DNA of 64,000 nucleotides from Myxococcales bacterium (GTDB lineage Bacteria; Myxococcota_A; Polyangia; Palsa-1104; JAEUJZ01): NCBI GenBank assembly GCA_016794505.1, contig JAEUJZ010000076.1, positions 1 to 64,000 of the forward strand, read 5' to 3'. Shown piece by piece: positions 55,773 to 64,000 of this stretch (position 1 is its first letter; each line of letters starts with the position of its first letter). The notes under the pieces were generated by a model. It saw only the letters and a program-made list of their open reading frames with translations, ran no database searches and was not told where the DNA came from. The position numbers and the translations under genes were made by a program.

Positions 55773-58388
55773 ATGGCTTGCGTGTTGAAGCAGTCGTTTT
55801 CTGCCCATGTGTCTCTGCTGCGCGCGTTCCTTTGCTTGATCCTGCTTGGCTTGGGAGTGTCGCGGCAGGGCTTTGCACAAGCCGGGGTCGCACCGCATAG
55901 CGACGCACAAGCCGCCGCTGCGCCGTCCACCGCACCCGCCGCTGCCCCTGCACCGGCCACACCGGCCCCGTCGAGCGATCCGGCCGCCGCGACCGGGCCA
56001 GCCCCAACGACCGAGGAAGAAGCCGAGCCGCCGCCAGCCGGCTATGCCGCAGATGGCTCGCGCCTGCCGCCCGCAGTGACGGCCCCCTTGGTGGGCATCG
56101 TCTTGGAAAAAGGCACGCGCAACCCGCTTGCCGACATGCGCGTCTTGATCTTTGAGGTCGTGCCTCCGCCGCCGGGCGAAGACCCCAACGATCCCAAGGT
56201 GCAAAAAGCCCGCGCCAAGTCGGGCCCACCCACGGCCAAAGAGCCGACGCGAGAGCTGCGGACGGACCGCGACGGGCGCTTTCGGGTCGACGATCTGTCC
56301 CCCGGTGAATACGTAATCAGGCTGCGCGGACCCGGTCATCAACCTAGCCAGAGCGTCGAGACATTAACCGCCGGCCGCATCCGAACAGTCACATATTATG
56401 CCGGAGCGCGCAGCAACCCATTTGAGTCGATCGTGCGCGCCGAGCCCCTGCGCAAAGAGGTCAGCGAGCAAGTCCTGGATGTGCAAGAGCTAAAGCGCAT
56501 CCCCGGCACGCAGAACGATCCCATCAAAGCGGTGCAGAACCTGCCGGGCGTGGCGCGGGCTCCGTTCGGGGGCGGCTTGCTGGTCGTCTGGGGATCGGCG
56601 CCCAATGACACGCGCGTCTATGCCGATGGCGTGCTGATCCCGCGCATCTTTCACTTCGGTGGCTTTCGCGCGACGATAAACGCCGAGTTCGTTTCCGAGC
56701 TGACATTCAAGCCGGGTGTCTATGCCGCGGACTTCGGGCGCGGACTCGGCGGCATCATCGACGTAAAGACGCGCTCGCCCAAGGCCGACCGCATCCACGG
56801 CTCGGTAACGCTCGACCTGATCGACGGCAGCGTCACGCTGGAAGGGCCCATCACCAAAAAGCTGCACGTTGCTCTCGGGGCGCGCGTGAGCTGGATCTCG
56901 GTCTTTCTGCCCATCTTCAACCGCTCGAACATTCAGGTCTCGCCGTTTTACTGGGACTATCAGGCGGCGCTGCGCTATCAGCCGACGACGAAGGACGATC
57001 TGGATCTGTTCGTCTTTGGCTCGACGGACAACCTGTCGGCGCGCATCGAAAACCCCGACCCGGCGACCAACGTCGACCTCGACAGCCGCTCGTATTTCGG
57101 GCGGGCCTTGGTGCGCTGGACGCATCGCTTCTCGCGCGATACGTCGCTGTTCGTCATGCCATCGATCGGCGGCGACACCGTGCGCTTCGACTTGGGCGAC
57201 GGCGGCATCGGCGGCGTGCCCTTCAAGCTCGACATTCTGACGCTGAGCTACAACCTGCGCAGCGAGCTTCGCCATCGCGTCACGCCCTGGCTGTCGGCCA
57301 CGGCAGGCATCGATCTGGAAGGCACGCGCTCGTCGTTTGACATCCTCTCGCCGCCCATCCCAGCCGGCCCGTCTTCAAGCGGCGAAGGCGGAGGCGGCCC
57401 TCCAGGAGGCGGCGCCGCGGCGCTTGGCTTGATCTCATCTGCCCGCGACTCAGCGGTGCAGCAGATCGTCCGCTTCGCGCCGTATCTGATCGCCCGAGCG
57501 GAGTTCTTCAACAAGCGGCTGATCGTCTCGCCGCAGCTTCGACTCGACACCAGCTATCTGCACTCCAACGACGGCCAGGTCAGTGAGACGCGCTTCACGC
57601 CCGAGCCGCGCCTGTTTGTCAGCGGTCAGATCCTGCCCAAGTACCTGCTGATTAAGGGCGGCGTCGGTGTCTACAGTCAGCTGGCGCAGCCGCCCGAGCT
57701 GTCGCTGTCGTTTGGCAACCCGCGCCTGGTGCCGCAGTTCGGCACGACATATCTCGTCGGTATCGAGAGCGAGCCGACCAGCACGCTGTTCATCCAGGGG
57801 CAGTTCTTTTACAAGGACCTGCGCTCGATGATCGTCAGCGATACCTCGACGCGCTTTAACAACGGCGGCCTGGGTCGCGTGGTGGGCGGCGACTTCCTGT
57901 TGCGACAGAAGCTGTGGCGTGGCCTGTTCGGCTGGGTGGCGTATACGATCTCGAAGAGCGAGCGAAAGAACACCCCCGACGAGCCGTGGCGCCTGTTTCG
58001 CTTTGACCAGACGCACATCTTGACCTTGGTCGCCAGCTACAAGCTGCCGTGGAAAGACATCGAGGTCGGTCTGCGCTTTCGCTATGTCACGGGCAACCCC
58101 GCCACGCCAACCATCGGCGCGCTGCGCAGCGCCAGCGACCAGAACTATGCCGCCATCCAAGGCGAGGTCTTTTCCGAACGCCTGCCCGACTTCCATCAGC
58201 TGGATCTGCGCATCGACAAGACCTGGACGTTCAATCGCTGGAAGCTGGGCATGTACCTCGATATCCAGAACCTGTACAACCGCACCAACACGGAAAACCT
58301 CGTCTACGGTGGCCGTCAGTTGTTCCAGTCGGCGGCCATCTCGGGCATTCCCTTCTTCCCCAACATCGGTCTGCGCGCCGACTTCTAG
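55773..58388 (+). CDS. TonB-dependent outer-membrane receptor (CarbopepD-reg-like N-domain, plug and beta-barrel).
   Basis: Signal peptide. The plug region (DVQELKRIPGTQNDPIKAVQNLPGV) and a C-terminal aromatic residue (…GLRADF). Confidence 0.75.
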   Translation: MACVLKQSFSAHVSLLRAFLCLILLGLGVSRQGFAQAGVAPHSDAQAAAAPSTAPAAAPAPATPAPSSDPAAATGPAPTTEEEAEPPPAGYAADGSRLPPAVTAPLVGIVLEKGTRNPLADMRVLIFEVVPPPPGEDPNDPKVQKARAKSGPPTAKEPTRELRTDRDGRFRVDDLSPGEYVIRLRGPGHQPSQSVETLTAGRIRTVTYYAGARSNPFESIVRAEPLRKEVSEQVLDVQELKRIPGTQNDPIKAVQNLPGVARAPFGGGLLVVWGSAPNDTRVYADGVLIPRIFHFGGFRATINAEFVSELTFKPGVYAADFGRGLGGIIDVKTRSPKADRIHGSVTLDLIDGSVTLEGPITKKLHVALGARVSWISVFLPIFNRSNIQVSPFYWDYQAALRYQPTTKDDLDLFVFGSTDNLSARIENPDPATNVDLDSRSYFGRALVRWTHRFSRDTSLFVMPSIGGDTVRFDLGDGGIGGVPFKLDILTLSYNLRSELRHRVTPWLSATAGIDLEGTRSSFDILSPPIPAGPSSSGEGGGGPPGGGAAALGLISSARDSAVQQIVRFAPYLIARAEFFNKRLIVSPQLRLDTSYLHSNDGQVSETRFTPEPRLFVSGQILPKYLLIKGGVGVYSQLAQPPELSLSFGNPRLVPQFGTTYLVGIESEPTSTLFIQGQFFYKDLRSMIVSDTSTRFNNGGLGRVVGGDFLLRQKLWRGLFGWVAYTISKSERKNTPDEPWRLFRFDQTHILTLVASYKLPWKDIEVGLRFRYVTGNPATPTIGALRSASDQNYAAIQGEVFSERLPDFHQLDLRIDKTWTFNRWKLGMYLDIQNLYNRTNTENLVYGGRQLFQSAAISGIPFFPNIGLRADF

Positions 58389-58406
58389 CGGCGTCGCGCC
58401 GCCTTG

Positions 58407-59912
58407 CTACTCGTCGCCCAGGCGATCTTCGGCGAGGTTTTCAAAGCGCGTGTACTGGTTTAAGAAGGCCAGCCGCACCGTGCCGGTGGGGCCGTTGCGC
58501 TGCTTGCCAATGATGATCTCGGCGACGCCTTTGTCCGGCGACTCTTTGTTGTACACCTCGTCGCGATAGATAAAGCAGATGAGGTCGGCGTCCTGCTCGA
58601 TGGCGCCGGACTCGCGCAGGTCCGATGCCATCGGGCGCTTGTCGGCGCGTGACTCAACCGAGCGGTTCAGCTGCGACAGCGCGACGACGGGGACGCCGAG
58701 TTCCTTGGCCAGCGCTTTCAGCCCGCGTGAGATCTCGCTGATCTCGCGCTCACGGCTAGAGTCGCGGCTCTGCGTCGAGCCATGCACAAGCTGCAGGTAA
58801 TCGATGACGACCAAGCCACGCGGCGCTTCGACCGGTGTCTCGCCGTTGGGCGGTGGCGGAAACACATGCGGATCGGACCGCCAGCGTCGGCACTTAGCCC
58901 GCAGCTCCATCAGCGTCGGTGACCCCGAGTCGTCGATCCAGATCGGCGCCTCCGCAACGCGCGAAGCCGCTTTGGTGATGTTGATCCAGTCGCGCGACTC
59001 CAAAAAGCCGCTGCGCAGCTTCTGTGACTCAATGCGCGCTTCGCAGCACAAGACACGCTCGATCAGCGACTGCTTCGACATTTCGAGTGAGAACACCAGC
59101 ACCGGCATGCCGTGATCGAGCGCCGCGTTCTGCGCGCAGTTCATCACGAACGAGGTCTTTCCCATCGACGGACGCGCCGCGATGATGATCAGGTCGCCGG
59201 CCTGCAGTCCTGCCGTCATCTCGTCGAAGGCGGCAAACCCCGTCGGCACACCAGTAATCGCTTCTTTTTTGTGATAGCGACTTTCAAGCGCCTTGATCGC
59301 ACCGTGCAGAATGCGCCGCACAGGCTCATAGCTCTGCCGGCTGGATCGGCTCTGAATCTCGAAGACCGCTTGCTGGGCTTGGTCGATGTACTCTTCGACT
59401 TCCAGCTGATCGCCATAGCCTTTGTCGACGATATTGCTGGCCGCAAGGATCAGCCGACGCGCCGTCGACTTGTTGCGCACGATGCGCGCGTGCTGCGTGA
59501 TGTTGTCGACCGATGCGATGCGGTTCGCAAGGTCGGCCAGATAGGCTTCGCTGCCCGATGCCGAAAGCGTTGCGATCGTGCCCTGCCTGCGCATCTCTTC
59601 AGCGACGGTGATGATGTCAATCGGACGCGAGCGCGCTTCCAGATCGACCATCGCTGCAAAGATCGCTTCGTGCCGCTTGTCATAAAAGTCGGGCGCCTCG
59701 ATGACGTCCGCGACCTGCGACAGGGCTCGTCCCGAAAACAGGATGCCGCCCAGCACCGACTCTTCCGCGTCTTGCGAAAACGGCAGCATGCGCCGGATAG
59801 CCGGCGGCGTCGCAGCGGGCGGGCGCTCATGCGTGGCAGCCGCGGCAAAGCCAGAAGGCGCTGACGAGCCCACCTGAGGACCGTCATTTCGAGAGTACGG
59901 GGCGCGTGGCAC
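58407..59912 (-). CDS. dnaB: Replicative DNA helicase DnaB.
   Basis: …SQDAEESVLGGILF…, Walker A ARPSMGKTSF, and the RecA-like core. The true start may be Met-42 of the track ORF (~59789). Confidence 0.9.
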   Translation of the reverse strand: MPRAPYSRNDGPQVGSSAPSGFAAAATHERPPAATPPAIRRMLPFSQDAEESVLGGILFSGRALSQVADVIEAPDFYDKRHEAIFAAMVDLEARSRPIDIITVAEEMRRQGTIATLSASGSEAYLADLANRIASVDNITQHARIVRNKSTARRLILAASNIVDKGYGDQLEVEEYIDQAQQAVFEIQSRSSRQSYEPVRRILHGAIKALESRYHKKEAITGVPTGFAAFDEMTAGLQAGDLIIIAARPSMGKTSFVMNCAQNAALDHGMPVLVFSLEMSKQSLIERVLCCEARIESQKLRSGFLESRDWINITKAASRVAEAPIWIDDSGSPTLMELRAKCRRWRSDPHVFPPPPNGETPVEAPRGLVVIDYLQLVHGSTQSRDSSREREISEISRGLKALAKELGVPVVALSQLNRSVESRADKRPMASDLRESGAIEQDADLICFIYRDEVYNKESPDKGVAEIIIGKQRNGPTGTVRLAFLNQYTRFENLAEDRLGDE

Positions 59913-60030
59913 GGCGCGACCTTAGCGCAGACCGCCAAGCTTGTCAGCCCAACGCATCGACCCGCCAAACAAAGGCTTGGGCGCCGCCCGCTTTCGGCGA
60001 TGATAAGGGCCAAAGGTGGTGACGCAGCGC

Positions 60031-60606
60031 ATGGGCAGCGAGAAGCGGTATTCCTCAGCCGAAGCACGCGCGATCTTGCAGCGGGCCGAGCAGCGCACGC
60101 AGAGCCAAGTCCCGCGCGAACGCGACGACGGTCTGTCCGAGAGCGAGGTCGTCGAGACCGCACGCGAGCTAGGCATCAGCGAACAGCAGGCGATGCTGGC
60201 CCTGCGCGAACACGACGAAGATCGCGAGCTTGTACAGGCAGAGTCCGAGCTAAAACAGCTAGCCAGCCGTCGCGTCTTCGGCCATGCGATTTTTTTCGGC
60301 GTCAGCCAAGCGCTGCTGGTGCTGTTCGGACTGTGGAGCGTGCTGCCACGCCCGCTGTGGCTGCTGGCCTTGACGACGGTCTGGCTGGGCGGCCTGTTGT
60401 GGGCGCTGCGCGCTGCCTGGTTTCCCGACCCCGACCGCCTACGCGAACAGGCCAAGGCGCGGCTTCTGCGCAAGCGCCTCAAAGCCAGCACCCGCGAGTT
60501 CGGTGAGGCCGTGCAGAGCGGTGCCGCCAAGCTGCTCGCGGTCTCGGCGAAGAAGCTCGACGAAGGGGTCGAGCGGTTGACGCGCGATACAAAAGAAAAG
60601 CCCTGA
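60031..60606 (+). CDS. Hypothetical membrane protein with 2 TM helices.
   Basis: Hydrophobic stretches AIFFGVSQALLVLFGLW and LWLLALTTVWLGGLLWAL. Confidence 0.4.
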   Translation: MGSEKRYSSAEARAILQRAEQRTQSQVPRERDDGLSESEVVETARELGISEQQAMLALREHDEDRELVQAESELKQLASRRVFGHAIFFGVSQALLVLFGLWSVLPRPLWLLALTTVWLGGLLWALRAAWFPDPDRLREQAKARLLRKRLKASTREFGEAVQSGAAKLLAVSAKKLDEGVERLTRDTKEKP

Positions 60607-60640
60607 CGGGCGAACCGTCAGGGCTCTTTGCTTCTGAAGC
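60598..60640. terminator. Bidirectional rho-independent terminator shared by convergent genes.
   Basis: Perfect inverted repeat cctgacgg-gcgaa-ccgtcagg. It is followed by gctctttgcttct on the plus strand and by cttttcttttgt on the minus strand. Confidence 0.6.
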
Positions 60641-60693
60641 CGCCTGCAGCGCAGCATTCCGACGGGAAGCCGCGCGGGCGGAAGAGCGAGTCG

Positions 60694-60897
60694 TTAGGCG
60701 ACGCGCTTCACGTTGGTCGCTTGCTCACCCTTGGGGCCTTTGACGATATCGAACTCGACATCCTGCCCTTCGCTCAGCGTTCGGTACCCTTCGGCGACGA
60801 TCGCTGTGTGGTGAACAAATACGTCTTCGCCCTCTTCACGAGAGATGAAGCCGTACCCTTTTGCGTCGTTAAACCACTTCACTTTGCCTTTGGCCAT
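60694..60897 (-). CDS. cspA: Cold-shock protein (CspA family).
   Basis: [16 protein letters not shown] (RNP-1) and VFVHHTAI (RNP-2). Confidence 0.95.
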   Translation of the reverse strand: MAKGKVKWFNDAKGYGFISREEGEDVFVHHTAIVAEGYRTLSEGQDVEFDIVKGPKGEQATNVKRVA

Positions 60898-61060
60898 TTG
60901 CTGCTCCTGCTGCGTTCTTGGCTACTTGCTTGGGTTCGGTTGCAGATGACGAACGAGAACAAAACTACTCATCCGCAAACCTGCGTGAGGCTAGCTGGGC
61001 ACAGGCTGCAAAGTCAAGGATTTCGAGGAAATACCGCGGCTTGCTCCTGCCGGCCAACCG
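60898..61060 (-). promoter_or_regulatory. Long 5'-UTR/promoter region of cspA.
   Basis: About 160 nt non-coding leader. Csp genes typically carry long structured 5' UTRs. Confidence 0.3.
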
Positions 61061-61102
61061 CGAGGCGCAGCAGCCCACAAACACGCGTGTGCGGGTCGTC
61101 TT

Positions 61103-61453
61103 CTAGTCGACGCGACAGACCAGGTGTTCTCCACCGCCGCCGCGACGCCGGACGTTGTCGCAGCTATAGCCGCGCCCCCAGCCAGAGCACTCGGCCTGTG
61201 CCTTGCAAAGCACTGCACAGATGCCCCCGCCGTCTTCTACGCAGGCGGTGCCCGTCGGACACTCGACGTCGCTGGCGCAGCGCACGGTGCAGTAGCCGCC
61301 GGGATAGTGCGAATCGTCGTGGCAGACGAAGTCGCACTGGCTGCTGGTCTGACACGCGCCTCCCACCAGACGACCCGATGAACCAATGGCGCCCCCGCCA
61401 CAGCTCAACGCGAACAACGAGACAAGTAACCAAGATCTCCGAGCGATTCGCAT
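61103..61453 (-). CDS. Small Cys-rich lipoprotein.
   Basis: Start at MRIARRSWLLVSLFALSCGG (lipobox). Ten Cys in ~95 mature residues. The upstream part of the track ORF is Gly/Ala junk. Confidence 0.5.
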   Translation of the reverse strand: MRIARRSWLLVSLFALSCGGGAIGSSGRLVGGACQTSSQCDFVCHDDSHYPGGYCTVRCASDVECPTGTACVEDGGGICAVLCKAQAECSGWGRGYSCDNVRRRGGGGEHLVCRVD

Positions 61454-61527
61454 GGGGTCCCCCCTTCTCTGTCCATGAATGCAGCGTCCAGGGAATCTTT
61501 TTCTGACGTGGGCTCGGCGCGGGTGGC

Positions 61528-62076
61528 CTAGCGCCAGCGCTTGCCCTTGCCGTGCCAGCCTTTGCCCTTGCCGTGCCAGCCCTTGGCCTTGCCATGAGGA
61601 TGCACGACCACCGGAGGCGGTGGCGCCGGCTGCACCACAACCACCGGTCGCGGCGGCGGCGCCGGCTGTACCACAACCACCGGTCGCGGCGGTGGCGCCG
61701 GCTGCACCACAACCACCGGTCGCGGCGGTGGCGCCGGCTGCACTACGACGGGCGGCGGCGCCGGCTGAGCCACCACAGCCCCCGGAGCCCACTGCCCGTC
61801 ATAGAACACCCACTGTCCGCCTTCATTGACCCAGCGCGCTTCGACCCACGTGCGACCGACGGCTGGCGGCACCGCAAAACGGCCGGCGACCCAGACATGG
61901 CGTGCGCCGCGCCAGTGCCAATAGCCAGGCACCCAGACATGACGCGGCGATGGAGCGACCGGGCGCACCTCGACCTGCGGAGCCGGCGGCGCCACGGTGA
62001 TGCGAATCCGCTGTGCCTGCGCCAGGCCAGAAGAGCTCACAAGAACCAAAGCAACGGCGATAAGCCACGTACGCAT
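61528..62076 (-). CDS. Secreted WxxGxW-repeat (BcpO-like) protein with a Pro-rich tandem repeat and a GKGKGWH C-terminus.
   Basis: Signal peptide. GYWHWRG / GRTWVEARW / GQWVFYDGQW. Then (PVVVVQPAPPPR)x3-4. Confidence 0.6.
   Translation of the reverse strand: MRTWLIAVALVLVSSSGLAQAQRIRITVAPPAPQVEVRPVAPSPRHVWVPGYWHWRGARHVWVAGRFAVPPAVGRTWVEARWVNEGGQWVFYDGQWAPGAVVAQPAPPPVVVQPAPPPRPVVVVQPAPPPRPVVVVQPAPPPRPVVVVQPAPPPPVVVHPHGKAKGWHGKGKGWHGKGKRWR
61615..61750. repeat. Tandem DNA repeat of ~42 bp, about 3.3 copies, inside the coding region.
   Basis: caccacaaccaccggtcgcggcgg(c/t)ggcgccggctg is repeated head-to-tail. It encodes the PVVVVQPAPPPR units. Confidence 0.6.
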
Positions 62077-62400
62077 CAGGCATTCTCCCTCTCAAATACG
62101 GACAGGTCGCTGCCGCCCCCGCAAGAACTCCCGCCCCGTGCAGCGAACCGCCACTCAGTATCTGACGATGGGCGGCGCATGTAAACAGCGGTCACAGCCG
62201 CGGGTCTCTCGGGGCACATGGGCCCTGCCCAGCGGCTGCCCTCACAGGCCAAACGATGCCATCGCCTAGGCCCGGCGGCCTCACTGGCTTCAAATGGGCT
62301 GCGCGCGGGGGATGCGACGGTCGCAGCGTGCTTGACCGTGACGAGGCAAATGCGTCAAATGGCGCATCCTTCCTCTCCCTACATCGTTCGAGGTCTGCAG

Positions 62401-64000
62401 CATGCGTCGATTGCTTCCCGTTCTCTCTGCCTATCTTCTTTCCGGGGTCGTGCTGGCTCTTGCGCCGGGCTGTACCAGCAGCGGTGGCGGTGGCGGCGGC
62501 TTCCCGCCCGTCGATATGGCCGTCTCCAGCGACGACAAGGACATGGCTTCCGGCAAAGACGAAGACATGACCGGCACGCCGCGCGACATGAGCGGCGGCG
62601 ATCTCGCCGGAGCCGACTTGGCAACGCCCCCCGGCGACATGAGCATGGGCGGCACCGGCCTGCCCTGTACGCCGGGATCCTATCGCTGTGGGCCCGCGAA
62701 CTCGGTGCAGATCTGCAACAGCACCGGCACCGCCTGGCTGCACTCGTCGACCTGCGCCGTGTCCTGCGTGGCCGGCCTGTGTACCGGCGCCTGCTCGCCT
62801 GGTGAAAAGCGCTGCAACATGAAGTCGGTCGAGCAGTGCAACGGCGCTGGCACCACCTGGAATCCCGTCGAGACCTGCAGCGGAAGCTGTTCCAGCGGTC
62901 GCTGCGCGCTAGCCAACCTGGACGTGACGATGAACCGCAGCCTCGACGGCGTGATCTATGTCGATGGCGATTTCATCGTACGCTCGGGCATCACCGTGCA
63001 GGTACCCAGCGGCGACCTGACGGTGTACGCCAAGAACATCACCATCGAAAACATGGGCACCATCAACGCCGCACCGACCGGCAACCCCTATGGCTGGGGC
63101 AATGGCAGCCGCGGTCCCAATGAAGCAAGCGGCGGCGGCGGCGGCGGCAATGGCACGTCCGGCGCCACCGGTTCAGGGGGCGGCAGCCCTGGCCCCGTGA
63201 TCAACACCAACACCGACTATTGGGTTGTGGGCGGTGGCAATGGCGCGACGCCTCTGCGGGCAGGCAGCGGCGGCGGCGGCGCGGGAGGCGGTGCCATCCG
63301 CCTGATCGCCAGCGAGAACATCACCGTCGCCGGCTTCTTGGCTGCAAACGGCACGGCCGGGGGCCGCTATTCTTCGAGCTATGCCGCGGGCGGCGGCGGC
63401 GGTGCAGGCGGTGGCATCCTGCTTGCGGCCTCGGGCAACCTGACCACCACGGGCAGCATCTCGGCTCAGGGCGGCGGGGGTGGCGCCGGCTATTACAGCG
63501 ATGGCCAAGGCGGCGCCGGAGGGCAAGGCCGCGTGCGCTTGTTGGCCGGCGGCACGCGCAGCATCGGTGGCAGCATCTCGGGCCAGCGCACCGATGGCCT
63601 CTTGCCGCCATCGGTCATCACGTCGAGCAGCCACCCCGATCAGGACCTGATTTACAACGACGACTTCGATCAGGTGCAGATGTCCTGGGTCAGCCCGTTT
63701 GCTTCGCGCCAGGGCTATTACCAGATGCTGAACACGAACATCTGGCAGGTGCCGACGCCAGCCACGTCGAAGTTCGTCAACACCGAGTCGGTGAACTTCC
63801 CCTTTAGCGCGGTGCGCAGTGGCTTGAACTATTTCCACATCACGCCCGTCGACGCGATGTCCAACGTCGGCACGGTCGAGAACACCTTCCGCATCCAGAT
63901 CAACACCCAGCCGCCTTCGCTGTCGTCGAGCAGCCATCCATCTGCGGCAAGCTGGTACGACAATCCCGACGTGTTCTTCGAGTGGGGCTTCCCGGTCGCC
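62401..64000 (+). CDS. Lipoprotein with myxobacterial-type Cys-rich repeats and a Gly-rich beta-helix-like region. It is 3'-truncated by the window edge and absent from the ORF track.
   Basis: Hand translation from the ATG at 62401 gives MRRLLPVLSAYLLSGVVLALAPGCTSS (lipobox), then CTPGSYRCGPANSVQICNSTGTAWLHSSTCAVSCVAGLCTGACSPGEKRCN…, then GGGGAGGGAIRLIA… It is open to the end of the window. Confidence 0.6.

Noticed and set aside
61479-62184. '+' ORFs rich in R/H/P across the WxxGxW gene.
   Set aside because: They are antisense to a gene with a signal peptide and tandem repeats. Their low-complexity translation is an artefact of the repeat.
62192-63937. Track ORFs 62192-62743 (-), 62218-62805 (+), 63173-63937 (-) and 63220-63807 (+).
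   Set aside because: All are off-frame relative to the convincing lipoprotein ORF starting at 62401 (+), which runs off the window and therefore was not listed in the track.
1-64000. A search for CRISPR arrays, tRNA/rRNA genes and integrase-flanked islands.
   Set aside because: I found no regularly spaced short direct repeats with unique spacers, no cloverleaf-compatible segments in intergenic regions, and no integrase or recombinase gene. The only mobile DNA evidence is the IS110 remnant at 32.65 kb.

Overview
This is a 64 kb, very GC-rich (roughly 70%) chromosomal segment. Its content is dominated by lipoproteins, eukaryotic-like Ser/Thr kinases, and Kelch, FG-GAP, EGF, CotH and DUF349 proteins, which points to a myxobacterium-like (Polyangiales/Sorangiineae-type) host. 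Most genes are core or niche metabolism: a GH31 glycosidase, M20 and carbon-nitrogen hydrolases, FtsA, a PTS regulatory module (rapZ-EIIA-HPr-EI), dnaB, cspA, msrB, an HpnC-like squalene synthase, a COG0523 GTPase with a TonB-dependent receptor, and an ABC substrate-binding protein.

The most system-like element is a two-gene module at 924-3148 on the minus strand. It consists of an AAA_21/ABC-type ATPase whose stop overlaps the start of a small TOPRIM-like protein resembling DUF4276 (DxD and conserved EAW motifs). That is the architecture of OLD/PARIS/AbiL-type abortive-infection systems. The ORF track labels the small gene '+', but direct translation shows it is on the minus strand and co-directional with the ATPase.

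Other notable loci:
- An SsnA-like aminohydrolase, a YgfK/PreA-like Fe-S flavoenzyme, two PLP fold-II enzymes, a nitrilase-family hydrolase and an M20 hydrolase form a catabolic cluster at 5.9-14.4 kb; the SsnA-like to nitrilase-family genes form one minus-strand operon with GTGA/ATGA start-stop overlaps.
- A decayed locus at 32.1-33.5 kb holds an N-terminal kinase fragment, an IS110-family transposase remnant, and a sigma-54 activator C-terminal fragment.
- A toxin-like PI-PLC X-domain plus ricin-B lectin protein at 35.3-37.2 kb has a previously unrecognised N-terminal triple repeat.
- A threonine-dehydratase-fold protein at 26.6-27.5 kb lacks the PLP Schiff-base lysine and sits directly downstream of an orphan ftsA.
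- AT-rich pockets with a shared motif sit at the ends of convergent genes (41.85-41.98 kb and 45.45-45.53 kb).
- A CotH-like lipoprotein at 18.3-20.4 kb has an AT-rich promoter island upstream.

I found no rRNA, tRNA or CRISPR array.
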